64,000 nucleotides of DNA from Rhodobacterales bacterium (GCA_965219495.1 OZ244777.1:690837-754836), one strand, 5' to 3'. Positions 9,779-18,815 are shown, counted from the first letter of the stretch. Translations and numbers: made by a program. Notes: a model not told the origin generated them from the letters alone.

Positions 9779-10476
9779 TCTTCCAGCACCTGCCGACGGG
9801 AGCCGGGCACGCCGTCCAATTCCCTCCTGACCGCGGCAAGAACGCCTTCGAAGGCCGCCTCCGTGAGTCGTCCCGTATTTGTGTTGTAACGGGAACAGTG
9901 ATAACTGTCGAAGAGCACGAAACGCGATAGCAGGTATCTCGCGCCATGGTGAAACGGAAAATCCCTTTGCCGGGCGCCAAGCGTTCGAACAAGACTCTCA
10001 TGCGCGGTGCGTCCGAGCGCAAGGAGCACGCGCAAGCGGCGCATCGACCGGATTTCGTTGCTCAAGAATTCCGCGCAGTTGCGAATCTCTTGTGCAATCG
10101 GCCGGTTTTGCGGAGGAACGCAACGGACAGCGTTGGTGATTGCGCAATCCGTCAGCGCTAGGCCATCATCGGCCCTGCGCGAATAGGTCCCCGTCGAGAA
10201 ACCGAACTTTTCGAGCGCTGGATAAAGAAGCTCCCCCGCGCCATCCCCGGTGAAGGGCCTCCCGGTGCGATTCGCGCCGTTGAGTCCGGGCGCAAGCCCA
10301 ACGATCAGGAGGCGGCCTTGAGCGTCCCCGAAGCTCGGGACCGGAGCGTTAAACCAATCCGGTTGCACGTGGCAGATTTCGTGGCGGAAGGACTTCAGTC
10401 GCTCGCAAAGCGCGCAATTTGCCTGGGGATTCCCACTTTCGAAGGGGAGGGAGCTAGTCAAGGCCGCCCGGGACAT
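9775..10476 (-). CDS. uracil-DNA glycosylase, family 5 (UdgB-like)
   Basis: GLAPGLNGANRTGRPFTGDGAG and NAVRCVPP...HCSRYNTNTG motifs. The start is set at MSRAALTS (ATG 10476); the upstream part of the ORF 9775..10920 has no homology-like features. Confidence 0.8.
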   Translation of the reverse strand: MSRAALTSSLPFESGNPQANCALCERLKSFRHEICHVQPDWFNAPVPSFGDAQGRLLIVGLAPGLNGANRTGRPFTGDGAGELLYPALEKFGFSTGTYSRRADDGLALTDCAITNAVRCVPPQNRPIAQEIRNCAEFLSNEIRSMRRLRVLLALGRTAHESLVRTLGARQRDFPFHHGARYLLSRFVLFDSYHCSRYNTNTGRLTEAAFEGVLAAVRRELDGVPGSRRQVLED

Positions 10477-10569
10477 GTCCTGCACATTCTTACTTGGTTC
10501 GCGCTTCTGGCGCGAATCGGTGTGGCGAAACTCACGCCATTCGTGTAGCGAGACGATAGAGGCGGAACG

Positions 10570-11163
10570 GTGTTCCCAAGAAAATCGAAGGACAAGTCCA
10601 TTTTGGCGGCTCACTCCTGTCTCGTTGCGCTCGGCGCAAACCTGCCCTCCTGCATCGGGCCTCCTCAAGCCACCCTTAGGGCTGCGCTGAGGCGCCTCAA
10701 GGGCCGTGGCGTTGTTCTTTTGGCGCGAAGCCGGTTCTACGCAAATCCCGCCTTGCCCCCTGGTTCCGGACCTGAGTTTGTCAACGGCGTCGCATTGCTG
10801 CGGACAAGCTTGTCCCCAGGCAAGACGCTTCGCGCATTGCAAGCGGTAGAAGCGAGTTTTGGACGCGGTCGACTCGACAGAGCCGGCGCCCGCCCTGCGG
10901 ATCTCGACTTGCTCGCCCACGGGAACCGTATCCTGCCGGGTCGGGACGCATGGCGCCGTGCGGTAACTCGCGAGAATCGTGGCGGGACAGGGCGTCGCCT
11001 CTTAATCGTTCCGCACCCGTCTATGCATCTCCGATCATTTGTTCTCATACCATTAGGTGAAATAGATGACAAATGGGTTCATCCAGTCCTTGGCGCCCGT
11101 ACCCGGGACTTGATCCGCGTTCTACCGCTTGCAAGCGTGGCAAGCATGGCGCCGGTCGAATGA
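10570..11163 (+). CDS. folK: 2-amino-4-hydroxy-6-hydroxymethyldihydropteridine diphosphokinase
   Basis: VALGANLPS...SRFYANPALPPGSGPEFVNGVALLRT...LQAVEASFGR...RPADLDLL...IVPHPSMHLRSFVLIPLGEI matches the HPPK pattern. The exact start is uncertain (GTG 10570). Confidence 0.8.
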   Translation: MFPRKSKDKSILAAHSCLVALGANLPSCIGPPQATLRAALRRLKGRGVVLLARSRFYANPALPPGSGPEFVNGVALLRTSLSPGKTLRALQAVEASFGRGRLDRAGARPADLDLLAHGNRILPGRDAWRRAVTRENRGGTGRRLLIVPHPSMHLRSFVLIPLGEIDDKWVHPVLGARTRDLIRVLPLASVASMAPVE

Positions 11164-11900
11164 GCAACCCACGCGGAAAACGAGCCTCCGGAATTCGCGA
11201 AGCCATGCATGTCGAGTCCTCTCCGGCCATCCCGCGCGACGCCGCAGCAATGGTGCTGCTTCGACGCGGCCGGAACGCGGAGGAGGTCTTGATGGGCGTG
11301 CGCGGACGCCGGGCGGCATTCATGCCGGGGAGGAGAGTGTTTCCTGGCGGATCCGTAGACCCTGTAGACTGCAGCCTCTCCACGCATCGCGAGCTTGCCT
11401 GGAAATGCCTGGAACGACTGCGAAAGGAAATCAAGGATCCGGCGCTCCCCGTGCCGCTCGCGCTCGCCGGCATTCGCGAATTGTATGAGGAATCCGGCCT
11501 CGCAGTCGGCGTCCCCTCGGCACGGCCGGTTGGCGGACCGGGAGTCCAGGGCACCTGGAAATCGTTCTACGCGGCGGGCCTAGAACCGGCGCTGGATCAG
11601 CTCCAATTCTTTTTCCGAGCCATCACCCCACCGGATTATCCGATGCGCTTCGATGCACGATTCTTTCTTGTTTCCGCCACGGCCGTGCACGGGAGCATTG
11701 ACGATCTGTCGAAGGGATCCGGCGAATTGCAAGATCTCAAGTGGCTCCCGGTCGCGGAAGCGATTGATCTTGGAGATTTGCCATGCATCACCCGGGTCGT
11801 GCTCCGGGAAGTGCGCGAGATCATTACATCCGGAAACTCCAATCGTCCAGTTCCGTTTTACGGCGGCGGACGCTTCACCGGTAAAGTGGAATATCTCTGA
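11160..11900 (+). CDS. NUDIX hydrolase
   Basis: The Nudix box reads FPGGSVDP...GIRELYEESGL. ATG 11160 overlaps the folK stop (ATGA), suggesting translational coupling. Confidence 0.75.
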   Translation: MSNPRGKRASGIREAMHVESSPAIPRDAAAMVLLRRGRNAEEVLMGVRGRRAAFMPGRRVFPGGSVDPVDCSLSTHRELAWKCLERLRKEIKDPALPVPLALAGIRELYEESGLAVGVPSARPVGGPGVQGTWKSFYAAGLEPALDQLQFFFRAITPPDYPMRFDARFFLVSATAVHGSIDDLSKGSGELQDLKWLPVAEAIDLGDLPCITRVVLREVREIITSGNSNRPVPFYGGGRFTGKVEYL

Positions 11901-13084
11901 TGGATGTCCGGCCGGCGCAATTCGGCCGGTTCTGGACGGGCCACATTCAGGGAATCGCCGCCGCCATCCTCTACATTACTCTCACTGGGGTTAACTTTGG
12001 TCTGCAGTACCCGTTGCTCACCGTAATTCTTGAATCGCAAGGGGTTTCGGGGGCGATGATCGGTGCTTCCACGATGGCCCAGGCGGTGGGCGCAATCGCA
12101 ATCACCCCGTTCATGCCAGCGATGCTTCGCCGGTCGGGAATTTCCCGGTTGCTGGCTGCCGCCGCACTGATCTCAATCGCATGCCTCTGCCTGCTCAAGG
12201 CGAATCCCGATCCCTGGTTCTGGATGTTGGTTCGGCCGATTCTCGGTTCCGCAGGATCCATCGCATTTTACGGTGCCGAATACTGGATCGTTGCGCTTGC
12301 GCCAGGTGCATGGCGGGGACGGATCATTGGCGTCTACACTGTTTGCGTGGCCTCTGGATTTGGGGTCGGGCCCTTGATCCTCATCACGACGGGATTCTAC
12401 GGCTGGTTGCCGTTCCAGATTGCGATGCTGGTCCTCTTGGTATCGGTCATTCCCGTCACGCTGGCCCGGAAGTACGCCCCCTTTTTCGCTGGAGAGGTGA
12501 AGATCTCCGAAGTTCCGCGCTTCTTTCTGGCGAATCCGACGATCTGCGTCGCCGTATGCGTTTTTGGTTCGCTTGAATCCGGCTTTCTCGGCCTGGTTCC
12601 CGCCTGGGGCGTGCGGGCAGGCCTCATCGCCACGGCGGCGGTTACCCTGGTGGCGATCGCGGGATTTGGCAACATCGGCCTGCAGCTCTTTCTGGGGCCC
12701 GCGAGCGACCGGATGAATCGGCGTTTCCTTCTCGGATTCTGCGCCCTGGCGTGCGCGGCATGCACCCTGTCACTGCCGGCGCTCCTGGAAACCCGTTGGG
12801 CGCTCTGGCTGGCCGTGTTCCTGCTGGGAGGCCTGGCCGCCGGCCTCTATTCCATCTCCCTTGTTGAACTCGGGCACCGGTTCGAGGGCCGTGATCTGGC
12901 CGTCGGCAATGCCGCAATCATACTTTCCTACGGTATCGGAGCGGCAGCAGGGCCGCCTTTCGCGGGCGCGATGATGGATGCTATTCCGCCGCACGGACTC
13001 ATGTACGCGCTGGCCGCCATTTGCCTCGCGTTTCTCGCCTTGCTTGTCTGGCGCGGGAGCCTGCGCCAGCGCCCCGGACCCTGA
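11900..13084 (+). CDS. MFS transporter
   Basis: 394 aa and about 12 hydrophobic segments with typical MFS loop motifs. The ATG overlaps the NUDIX stop (TGATG). Confidence 0.8.
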   Translation: MDVRPAQFGRFWTGHIQGIAAAILYITLTGVNFGLQYPLLTVILESQGVSGAMIGASTMAQAVGAIAITPFMPAMLRRSGISRLLAAAALISIACLCLLKANPDPWFWMLVRPILGSAGSIAFYGAEYWIVALAPGAWRGRIIGVYTVCVASGFGVGPLILITTGFYGWLPFQIAMLVLLVSVIPVTLARKYAPFFAGEVKISEVPRFFLANPTICVAVCVFGSLESGFLGLVPAWGVRAGLIATAAVTLVAIAGFGNIGLQLFLGPASDRMNRRFLLGFCALACAACTLSLPALLETRWALWLAVFLLGGLAAGLYSISLVELGHRFEGRDLAVGNAAIILSYGIGAAAGPPFAGAMMDAIPPHGLMYALAAICLAFLALLVWRGSLRQRPGP

Positions 13085-13351
13085 ATCCCCCTGAGGCGCG
13101 ACGTTGCGAATATCCCAGCAACTGATTGAATGGAAAATTATATTGTCTGTGCCAAAATACCGGGTTTTGAACCCGGCGCGACGTTTCCGGCCCAGGCGCC
13201 CGGCGCGGAATTCGGCCTCTTGCGCCGTGAATGAGCGGTTGGGGACCGGTTTCGCACGAGTTTCGAGGTTGCCGGCGATCTTCCGCCATGGGGAGGGAGC
13301 CCAGGCCCAGACCGGGGCGCATGCCGACGGCATTGGCTCGGCCAGCCGCAG

Positions 13352-13543
13352 TCAGGCGGCGCGGCGGATGCCTCGGCGCCGCTGATTCTGGATTTTTTCC
13401 CGCTCGGCTCTCTGCAGCGCCAGGCCGATCCGGTGCAGATTGGCGGCAAGGATTGCGAGAGCGACCGTTCGAGCGAAGCCATCCCCGCCGTGTGCGCGGA
13501 CCCGGTCCAGGCCGCGGCATTCCAGGTTGTGGATGGCGGATTC
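13352..13543 (-). pseudogene. IS transposase, 3' exon-equivalent (63 codons)
   Basis: Hand translation gives ESAIHNLECRGLDRVRAHGGDGFARTVALAILAANLHRIGLALQRAEREKIQNQRRRGIRRAA, with a stop at 13352-13354. It continues the protein that breaks off at 16368. Confidence 0.7.
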
Positions 13544-13600
13544 GTCGCGGTAGGAGCGCTGGTTGCCCAGCGCCCCTCCGCACAGATCCGAGCGTGCGCG

Positions 13601-14638
13601 CTAACGCACTCGGCTCCTGCCTCGGGTGTGGACGGCACGAAACCGCTGATCCGGCCATGGGTGAAGGATCCTGATTGGTGGGAAGAAGCGCTGCGTCAAC
13701 TCCGCCAATTGCTCCCATATGCGAAGGGAATTCCCACGCTGGGAGCGACGGCGCAGTTGCTGGAACCAGAGGCTCCTGACGCTTCGCACGAACGCTTGGA
13801 GGAACGCATGGCTGGAGGGAACTGCATAGTATTGCAGCCACCCCCTGAGCACGCGTTGCAGCCATCCGGCTACCTCCTCCGGGTCGTCGTGGCGCCGACG
13901 GCGCAGGACCTCACCGATCCGCTGAAGCGTGCGCCGGGCGCGTTTCGCTGCCGGCTTCCGCCCGAGACTGAAACCGCCCTTTCTTGAGGTTCGGCAGTAA
14001 TGCGTGAACCCCGGAAAATCAAAGGTTTCGGGGCGCCGCTGACCGCGTGAGAGGCGGTCCGCCTTGGCGAAGCGTCCAAACTCGATGCAGCGGGTCTTCC
14101 CGGGATGGAGAGCCAGACCGAACTTGCCCAGCCTTCGTTCAAGGTCGTCAAGGAACTGTTCCGCATCCTGCCGGTGTTGAAATCCAACCACGAAGTCATC
14201 CGCGTAGCGCACGATAACCGCGTCTCCGTTCGCCTCCTGCGGACGCCATTTCCGGTCAAACCAGAGGTCGAGGACGTAGTGCAGGTAAATATTTGCCAAA
14301 ATTGGCGAAACAACCGCTCCCTGGGGAGTTCCCCTGAGGTCGTCCTTCCACTCGCCCCCGTCCATGACGCCAGCGTTCAGCCACTTGGTGATCAACCGAA
14401 TGACCCGCCGGTCTCCGATCCTGTGTTCCAGAAACCGGATCAACCAGTCTCGGTCCAAATTATCGAAGAAACCGCGGATATCGGCGTCAACAATCCAGTT
14501 GACCTTCCGCCGCGCTATACAGGTGGCAAGAGCGTCCAGAGCGTCGTGCGCCCCGCGCTCTGGCCGGAACCCATGGCTGAACCCGAGAAATTCGACCTCG
14601 TAAATCGGGGTAAGGATCGACTCCACCACTGCCTTCTG
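13601..14638 (-). pseudogene. group II intron reverse transcriptase/maturase, C-terminal segment
   Basis: QKAVVESILTPIYEVEFLGFSHGFRPERGAHDAL...GTPQGAVVSPILANIYLH...VRYADDFVVGF...FPGFTHY, plus the maturase X domain (RVLRGWLQYY). No HNH/En domain is present. The stop lies inside domain V. Confidence 0.85.
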
Positions 14639-14644
14639 GACGAT

Positions 14645-15221
14645 AAATGTTGCGCAGCAAGTTATGTTGCGTAGGCTGGGTAACTTGCTGAATGGCACAG
14701 ATAGAGCCCGACTCTCCGCAACATAATCTTTTACGCTCACAAAGATTTTCAGCCCCTTCTTCTCCTTCCACGGCCGGTTCGGACCCGGTTCAGCCACGTC
14801 GCAAAGCGCCAACGCCCTGGCCTTCATCTCGAGATCAATCTCGGCATAGATGTTGGTCGCGTTGATGTTGACGTGGCCAAGCCACGCGCGGACCGTGTTG
14901 ATGTCAACCTTCGCTCGCACCAAGGCGCAGGCGGCCGTGTGCCGAACCACGGGCGGAGTTATCTTCCGCCCGGCCAATGCCGGCATGCTGGCCGCACAAC
15001 GCTCGACAAGGCGATAGACCCCGAACCGGATATAGGCTCTTCGGTGCCTGCTATGGACTGTGTGAATAGTTCTTCGAACATTGTCGTGTCTCCTGATTGT
15101 TGGAGCCACGATCATGCAGACAGGGTGCCGTGAAAGAAATTATGTCGCGCAAAATATGTTTGAACTCTTACCAATCAACAGGTTCCGTACTCTCCGCAAC
15201 ATAACTTGCTGCGCAACATTT
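14645..15221 (-). mobile_element. 577-bp non-autonomous element with perfect 27-bp terminal inverted repeats and a 6-bp flanking direct repeat
   Basis: IR-L at 14645-14671, AAATGTTGCGCAGCAAGTTATGTTGCG, is the exact reverse complement of IR-R at 15195-15221. GACGAT is present at 14639-14644 and at 15222-15227. Removing the element plus one repeat copy restores the RT sequence LEDKIVQKAVVE. Confidence 0.8.
14672..14980 (-). pseudogene. tyrosine recombinase (phage-integrase family) C-terminal fragment inside the mini-element
   Basis: LAGRKITPPVVRHTAACALVRAKVDINTVRAWLGHVNINATNIYAEIDLEMKARALA contains the HxxR and GH boxes and the catalytic Tyr region. There is no N-terminal or core-binding part. 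Confidence 0.6.
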
Positions 15222-15584
15222 GACGATCTTGTCCTCCAGGGCGACAATGCCAAGCGGTCGTGTTCCCCCATCCGGCTTCGGGATTTCAACCCGCAGCGAT
15301 GGGAGCGCTCGATACGCTCCGCTGTGCACACGGTCATGGAGTGCGTGCAAATGCACGTCCAGTTCCTCGCCGTATGCCTCCCAGGTCATCCGGTCAACTC
15401 CGGCCGCAGAGTGCGGGTTCAAAGCATGAAAAGCCCCTCTCAGGACCTCCACCGTGATATGGTGCAGAAGCGCCGTGAGGCGTTCCTTCGGATTCCTCGT
15501 GGCTGCCTGCCGTATCCGGTCCGCCGCTTGTGACACGCTTGCCCGACCCTGCGTCACTTCGGGTTTTCCCCGGTACGGCTTCAA
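15222..15584 (-). pseudogene. group II intron reverse transcriptase/maturase, N-terminal segment
   Basis: MKPYRGKP...ERLTALLHHITVEVLRGAFHALNPHSAAGVDRMTWEAY...RVEIPKPDGGTRPLGIVALEDKIV (RT domains 0-2). It is cut after DKIV by the 577-bp insertion. Confidence 0.85.
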
Positions 15585-16367
15585 GCATCAGGCACCCCAC
15601 AGTTCGGTACGGAGCCTTCCGCAGGTGCGTCGAGGTGAAGACTGACCCGGCCCTACCCTCGATCGGATACTGCGTTTGCTCCGTCCTTCGATGATGCCGC
15701 CGCCAAACTGATGGGGGTTTCCGCCACCGTGTGCGGAGCCATCGGCTGCAGCATCGCCACCTGTGCCCTGAGGCCCTCGCTCCAGCCGGGTTGTGTTGTC
15801 CCGGCCATCAACGCTTATCGGCCTCATCCGCCAGTCTGGAGATCTCCGTTTCATTTCCCGGCACAGCCGGTTATAGACGCGGTCTTTGACATTCAAGGAT
15901 CATCCTGTCTGATCCCCAGACCTTCCGGACTTTCGCTGCTGTACTTTCGAGTATTGCCGCCTTCAATATGCCGGAAGCCCCGGTGCGCGCTCCTCAGTTC
16001 TTCCGCACCGACACTGGCCATCGGGTAGAAAGGAGACCCTTGGCAACTCCAATTACCCCGCAAATCAGCTTCATGCAGGAAGTCCTTTTCGACGCTTGAT
16101 CCGTTCACTCTCGTTACGGCCCTACTCTTTGCTCGCCCCCCGGGCTGATCAGACTCAAGCGGAACCATCTCCACTCCGTCTCCCAGGACTTTTACTTCCG
16201 GGCTTCCAGGTCACCGGGTCACCCCGTGCGCCTGCCGGATATGACTACGGCGCCAAACTGAGAATTGCGCCGGTGGGACTTGCACCCACTAGTACAGCAG
16301 CTAGTCTCGCTGCACCCTTTCCGCCGGACTTGCACCGGCTATCCACACCAGAGTTAGCCTGGCGTAC

Positions 16368-17518
16368 CACCGCCGGATGTTGCCGCCGCGCCGCGGCGAA
16401 CTCGGCGCGCGCCTCGTGCTCCCGCGCTTTCTGCGAAAGAGCGCCCTTCGCCGGCAGCGCGTTGCAGTCCAGCAGCGCGTCCAGCCGCACCCGGTTGGAC
16501 GGGCTGTGGAAGCCCCGGTCGAAGCTGCAGCCCCGCACCGACGGAAACAGGGCGAGGGTCTCCGACAGCAGCGGAACCGCCGCATCGACGTCGTCTTCCG
16601 CCCACGAGATGCGGTGGTGCAGGACCAATTGATGCGGGTCCTCGACGATGCACACCGGAACCCCGCGTTCGACCATGCGCCCGGCCTTGCCCTTCGCGCA
16701 CCAGCGGGTATGCGGCTCGAAGATGGAGAACACCTTCTCTTCATGCGGGATCGCTTCGCCCTGCAGCAGCCGCCGGTCGACCTGATCGATCTGGCGAAGC
16801 GCATGATCCATAAGTCCTTGCACGGCATCGATGTCCCATGTCTCCGCCCCGGCTGCCTCGAGTTCCCGCCGCAGCCGTTCCGCCCGCGCCACCAGCGACC
16901 GGCAAAGCCCCAGGTAAGCGCATACGCGGTCCGGATACCGCCTCTGCCGCCGGGAATTGCGGATCTTGTCGAACAGCCGCTTCACCTGCCGCCGCAGATT
17001 CCGGCTCTGCCGCCAGCCACCAAGCCCGAAGCCAGCTGTGCGGAAATCCGGATCAGGCGCCGCATCGCGTCCCACAGCAAGTTGACGTCGGTCGGATCGT
17101 GCACGTCGGTTTCCACCACAAAGGAATCGGCCCGCGCCCGGAGCGGCGCTTCCGGCGCCTGCCCGAACAACGCGTGGCCCGCCTTCACCACCAGTTCGTT
17201 GATCTCGTTCAGAAGCTCCGGCGTCAGCAGCGAGACATTGCGCACCAGCGTCCGGTGCTCGTACCGGCGATGGTCGTCAAGCCCCGAATGGCCGAGCATC
17301 TCCCGAACCGTCTCGTGGCAATTGGCAAGGTCCTGCAGACGGTCGTCGTCGCACCGGATGCCCTGCTTGAGGGTCGCCAGCACGAAAATCCGCCACAAAT
17401 CCATGCCCGGGCGCCCAAGCCCCCGGTCCACATCCGGAAGAAAATGCGCGTCCAGCAGGTCGAAAACCTGCCGGCGCAACGCTTCGTCGCAGTACAGGTG
17501 CTGGATGCCCCGCAACAC
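16368..17518 (-). pseudogene. IS transposase, 5' exon-equivalent (also carries a 1-nt frameshift near 17020-17035)
   Basis: The ORFs 16982..17518 and 16245..17075 are two frames of one protein. They would join if one G were restored in ...GGCTTGG|TGGCTGG..., giving SAQLASGLGGWRQSRNL. Homology-like sequence stops at ...ARRQHPAV (16368). The N-terminus may extend upstream to about 17650. Confidence 0.7.
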
Positions 17519-18083
17519 CGCCGGGATGTCATCCCGGCAGACCGGGTCAATCGCAATGTCCTCGATGGCGATTTCGCCAAGCCGAACAAACGGCTCCTGG
17601 ATTGCCCTCGCCCTCGTCTCTGCTCCGCCGGAACCAGCGATCCATCGCGAAGATTCCGCCCATCCGACCGATTTCGCCTGAATTTTGCCTGGAATTATAC
17701 GCTTGGGACCAATCTTCGCAACCCAAAACCGACCACAACCTGTTGATATGTAACGAAATTCGGCCTTTTTGCACAGGCACTATATACTAAAGTAACAATA
17801 TCCTTGAATTGGCGCTTCGGCGCCTCTATACTCAGTTGTACTGGAAACAAGGCCGAAAGTGCCGGCTCCGGTGATACGTCTTGCAGCGGGTATTAGCCCG
17901 TTCACGGGTGGGAAATGGCGGGAAACCGCTTCCCGTGGTGCCGGCAAGGGGAAGGCGAAGGATTGGGGGTTGCCCCGCCTCGGCGTGGAACAGTGTCGGG
18001 AGCCCATTGTGACTCTCGTATATAAGTCCCATTAAAGGGAATCCGAAGACCGCGCAAAGAGCGCGGCGCCAAGGAGAAGTTCG

Positions 18084-18251
18084 ATGGCAAAGCCAACCAC
18101 CGTGAAGATCCGCCTCAATTCTACGGCTGACACCGGGTTTTTCTACGTCACCAAGAAGAATCCTCGGAATCTGACCGAGAAGCTTTCACTTCGAAAATTC
18201 GATCCGGTGGCGCGCAGGCACGTGGAGTTCCGCGAAGGCAAGATCAAGTAA
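18084..18251 (+). CDS. rpmG: 50S ribosomal protein L33
   Basis: Below the ORF-track size cutoff. Hand translation gives [55 protein letters not shown] (55 aa, alphaproteobacterial L33 pattern). An AAGGAG RBS lies 8 nt upstream. Confidence 0.9.
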   Translation: MAKPTTVKIRLNSTADTGFFYVTKKNPRNLTEKLSLRKFDPVARRHVEFREGKIK

Positions 18252-18273
18252 GCGCTTCGAACGCGTTCCAGCG

Positions 18274-18702
18274 CTACCAGTTGCCGGAATTCTCCATGCT
18301 CGCCCAAGGTTCTTTCGGGGGAAGCGCCGCGCCCATCTGAATCAATTCGATTGAGATGCCGTCTGGCGATTTCACGAATGCCATGCGGCCGTCGCGCGGG
18401 GGACGGTTGATGGTGACGCCCACGTCGCTGAATCTCTGGCACGCTTCGTATATATTCTCGACGCCGTAGGCGAGATGTCCGAAATTGCGCCCCCCGTCGT
18501 ACGTCTCCTCCGAATCCCAGTTGTATGTGAGTTCGACCGCAGCTTCGTCCTGGCCGGGAGGTGCAAGAAAAACGAGCGTGTAATTCCCGCTCGGATTTTC
18601 GCTGCGCCGTATTTCCTCAAGACCGAGAAGGCCGCAATAAAATTGCAGTGATTCGCCGATATCCCTCACGCGCACCATGGTGTGCAAGTATCGAATATCC
18701 AT
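18274..18702 (-). CDS. gloA: lactoylglutathione lyase (glyoxalase I)
   Basis: LHTMVRVRDIGESLQFYCGLLGL...ELTYNW...GHLAYGVENIYEAC...GRMAFVKSPDGISIELIQ. Confidence 0.85.
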   Translation of the reverse strand: MDIRYLHTMVRVRDIGESLQFYCGLLGLEEIRRSENPSGNYTLVFLAPPGQDEAAVELTYNWDSEETYDGGRNFGHLAYGVENIYEACQRFSDVGVTINRPPRDGRMAFVKSPDGISIELIQMGAALPPKEPWASMENSGNW

Positions 18703-18815
18703 TTCTCCATTCCCCTGTTATGTTCTGAACCGGCCCGCGTAAGCAACACGTCCGGCGAAACGCACAGAGTTCATGGTAATGCTATGCGAACTCGCGCAAC
18801 AGAACCTGCCCCGCA

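Larger units (their letters stand above)
13544..16367 (-). mobile_element. bacterial group II intron (about 2.24 kb native), RT gene disrupted
   Basis: An RT/maturase ORF. A domain V-like hairpin lies at 13585-13616 (GAGCCGAGUGCGUUAGCGCGCACGCUCGGAUC with an AC bulge). A domain VI-like hairpin lies at 13550-13579 (GNRA loop GCAA), with a bulged A at 13551, 7 nt from the inferred 3' end. The ends are inferred from restoration of the transposase reading frame. Confidence 0.8.
13139..17786 (-). mobile_element. ISNCY/IS1182-like insertion sequence (about 1.82 kb native) carrying a group II intron; boundaries approximate
   Basis: Imperfect terminal IRs: TATATTGTCTGTGCCAAAATACC at 13139 onward, versus the reverse complement of the right end, TATATAGTGCCTGTGCAAAAAGGCC, ending at 17786. 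They enclose a split DDE transposase gene. The family call is from motifs only (DSFVVETDVHDPTD, FEPHTRWCAKGKAG, RRQHPAVESAIHNLECRGLDR). Confidence 0.65.

Noticed and set aside
16258-16345. A tRNA-like gene, suggested by two hairpins with T-arm-like loops (GCCGG-UGCAAGU-CCGGC and GUGGG-UGCAAGU-CCCAC) followed by CGGCGCA.
   Set aside because: No acceptor-stem partner, D arm or anticodon arm can be formed. The region lies inside the inferred group II intron 5' end.
16377-17681. Very long ORFs on the strand opposite to clear genes: 16377..17681 +, 32211..33761 +, 47178..48932 +, 25017..26309 -, 39071..40018 -, 39639..40673 -, 53438..54892 +, 28539..29549 -, and 3735..4571 +.
   Set aside because: They are Arg/Pro/Ala-rich and low in complexity, have no motifs, and each lies antisense or out of frame to a gene with strong family signatures. 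These are typical shadow ORFs of high-GC DNA.
17895-17995. A ZTP or cobalamin riboswitch upstream of rpmG (GGUGGGAAA..., CCGCCUCGGC).
   Set aside because: There are only short partial matches (CCGCCUCGGC against CCGCCUGGGC, with no CUGGCG element and no B12 box). The downstream gene is not a known target of either class.
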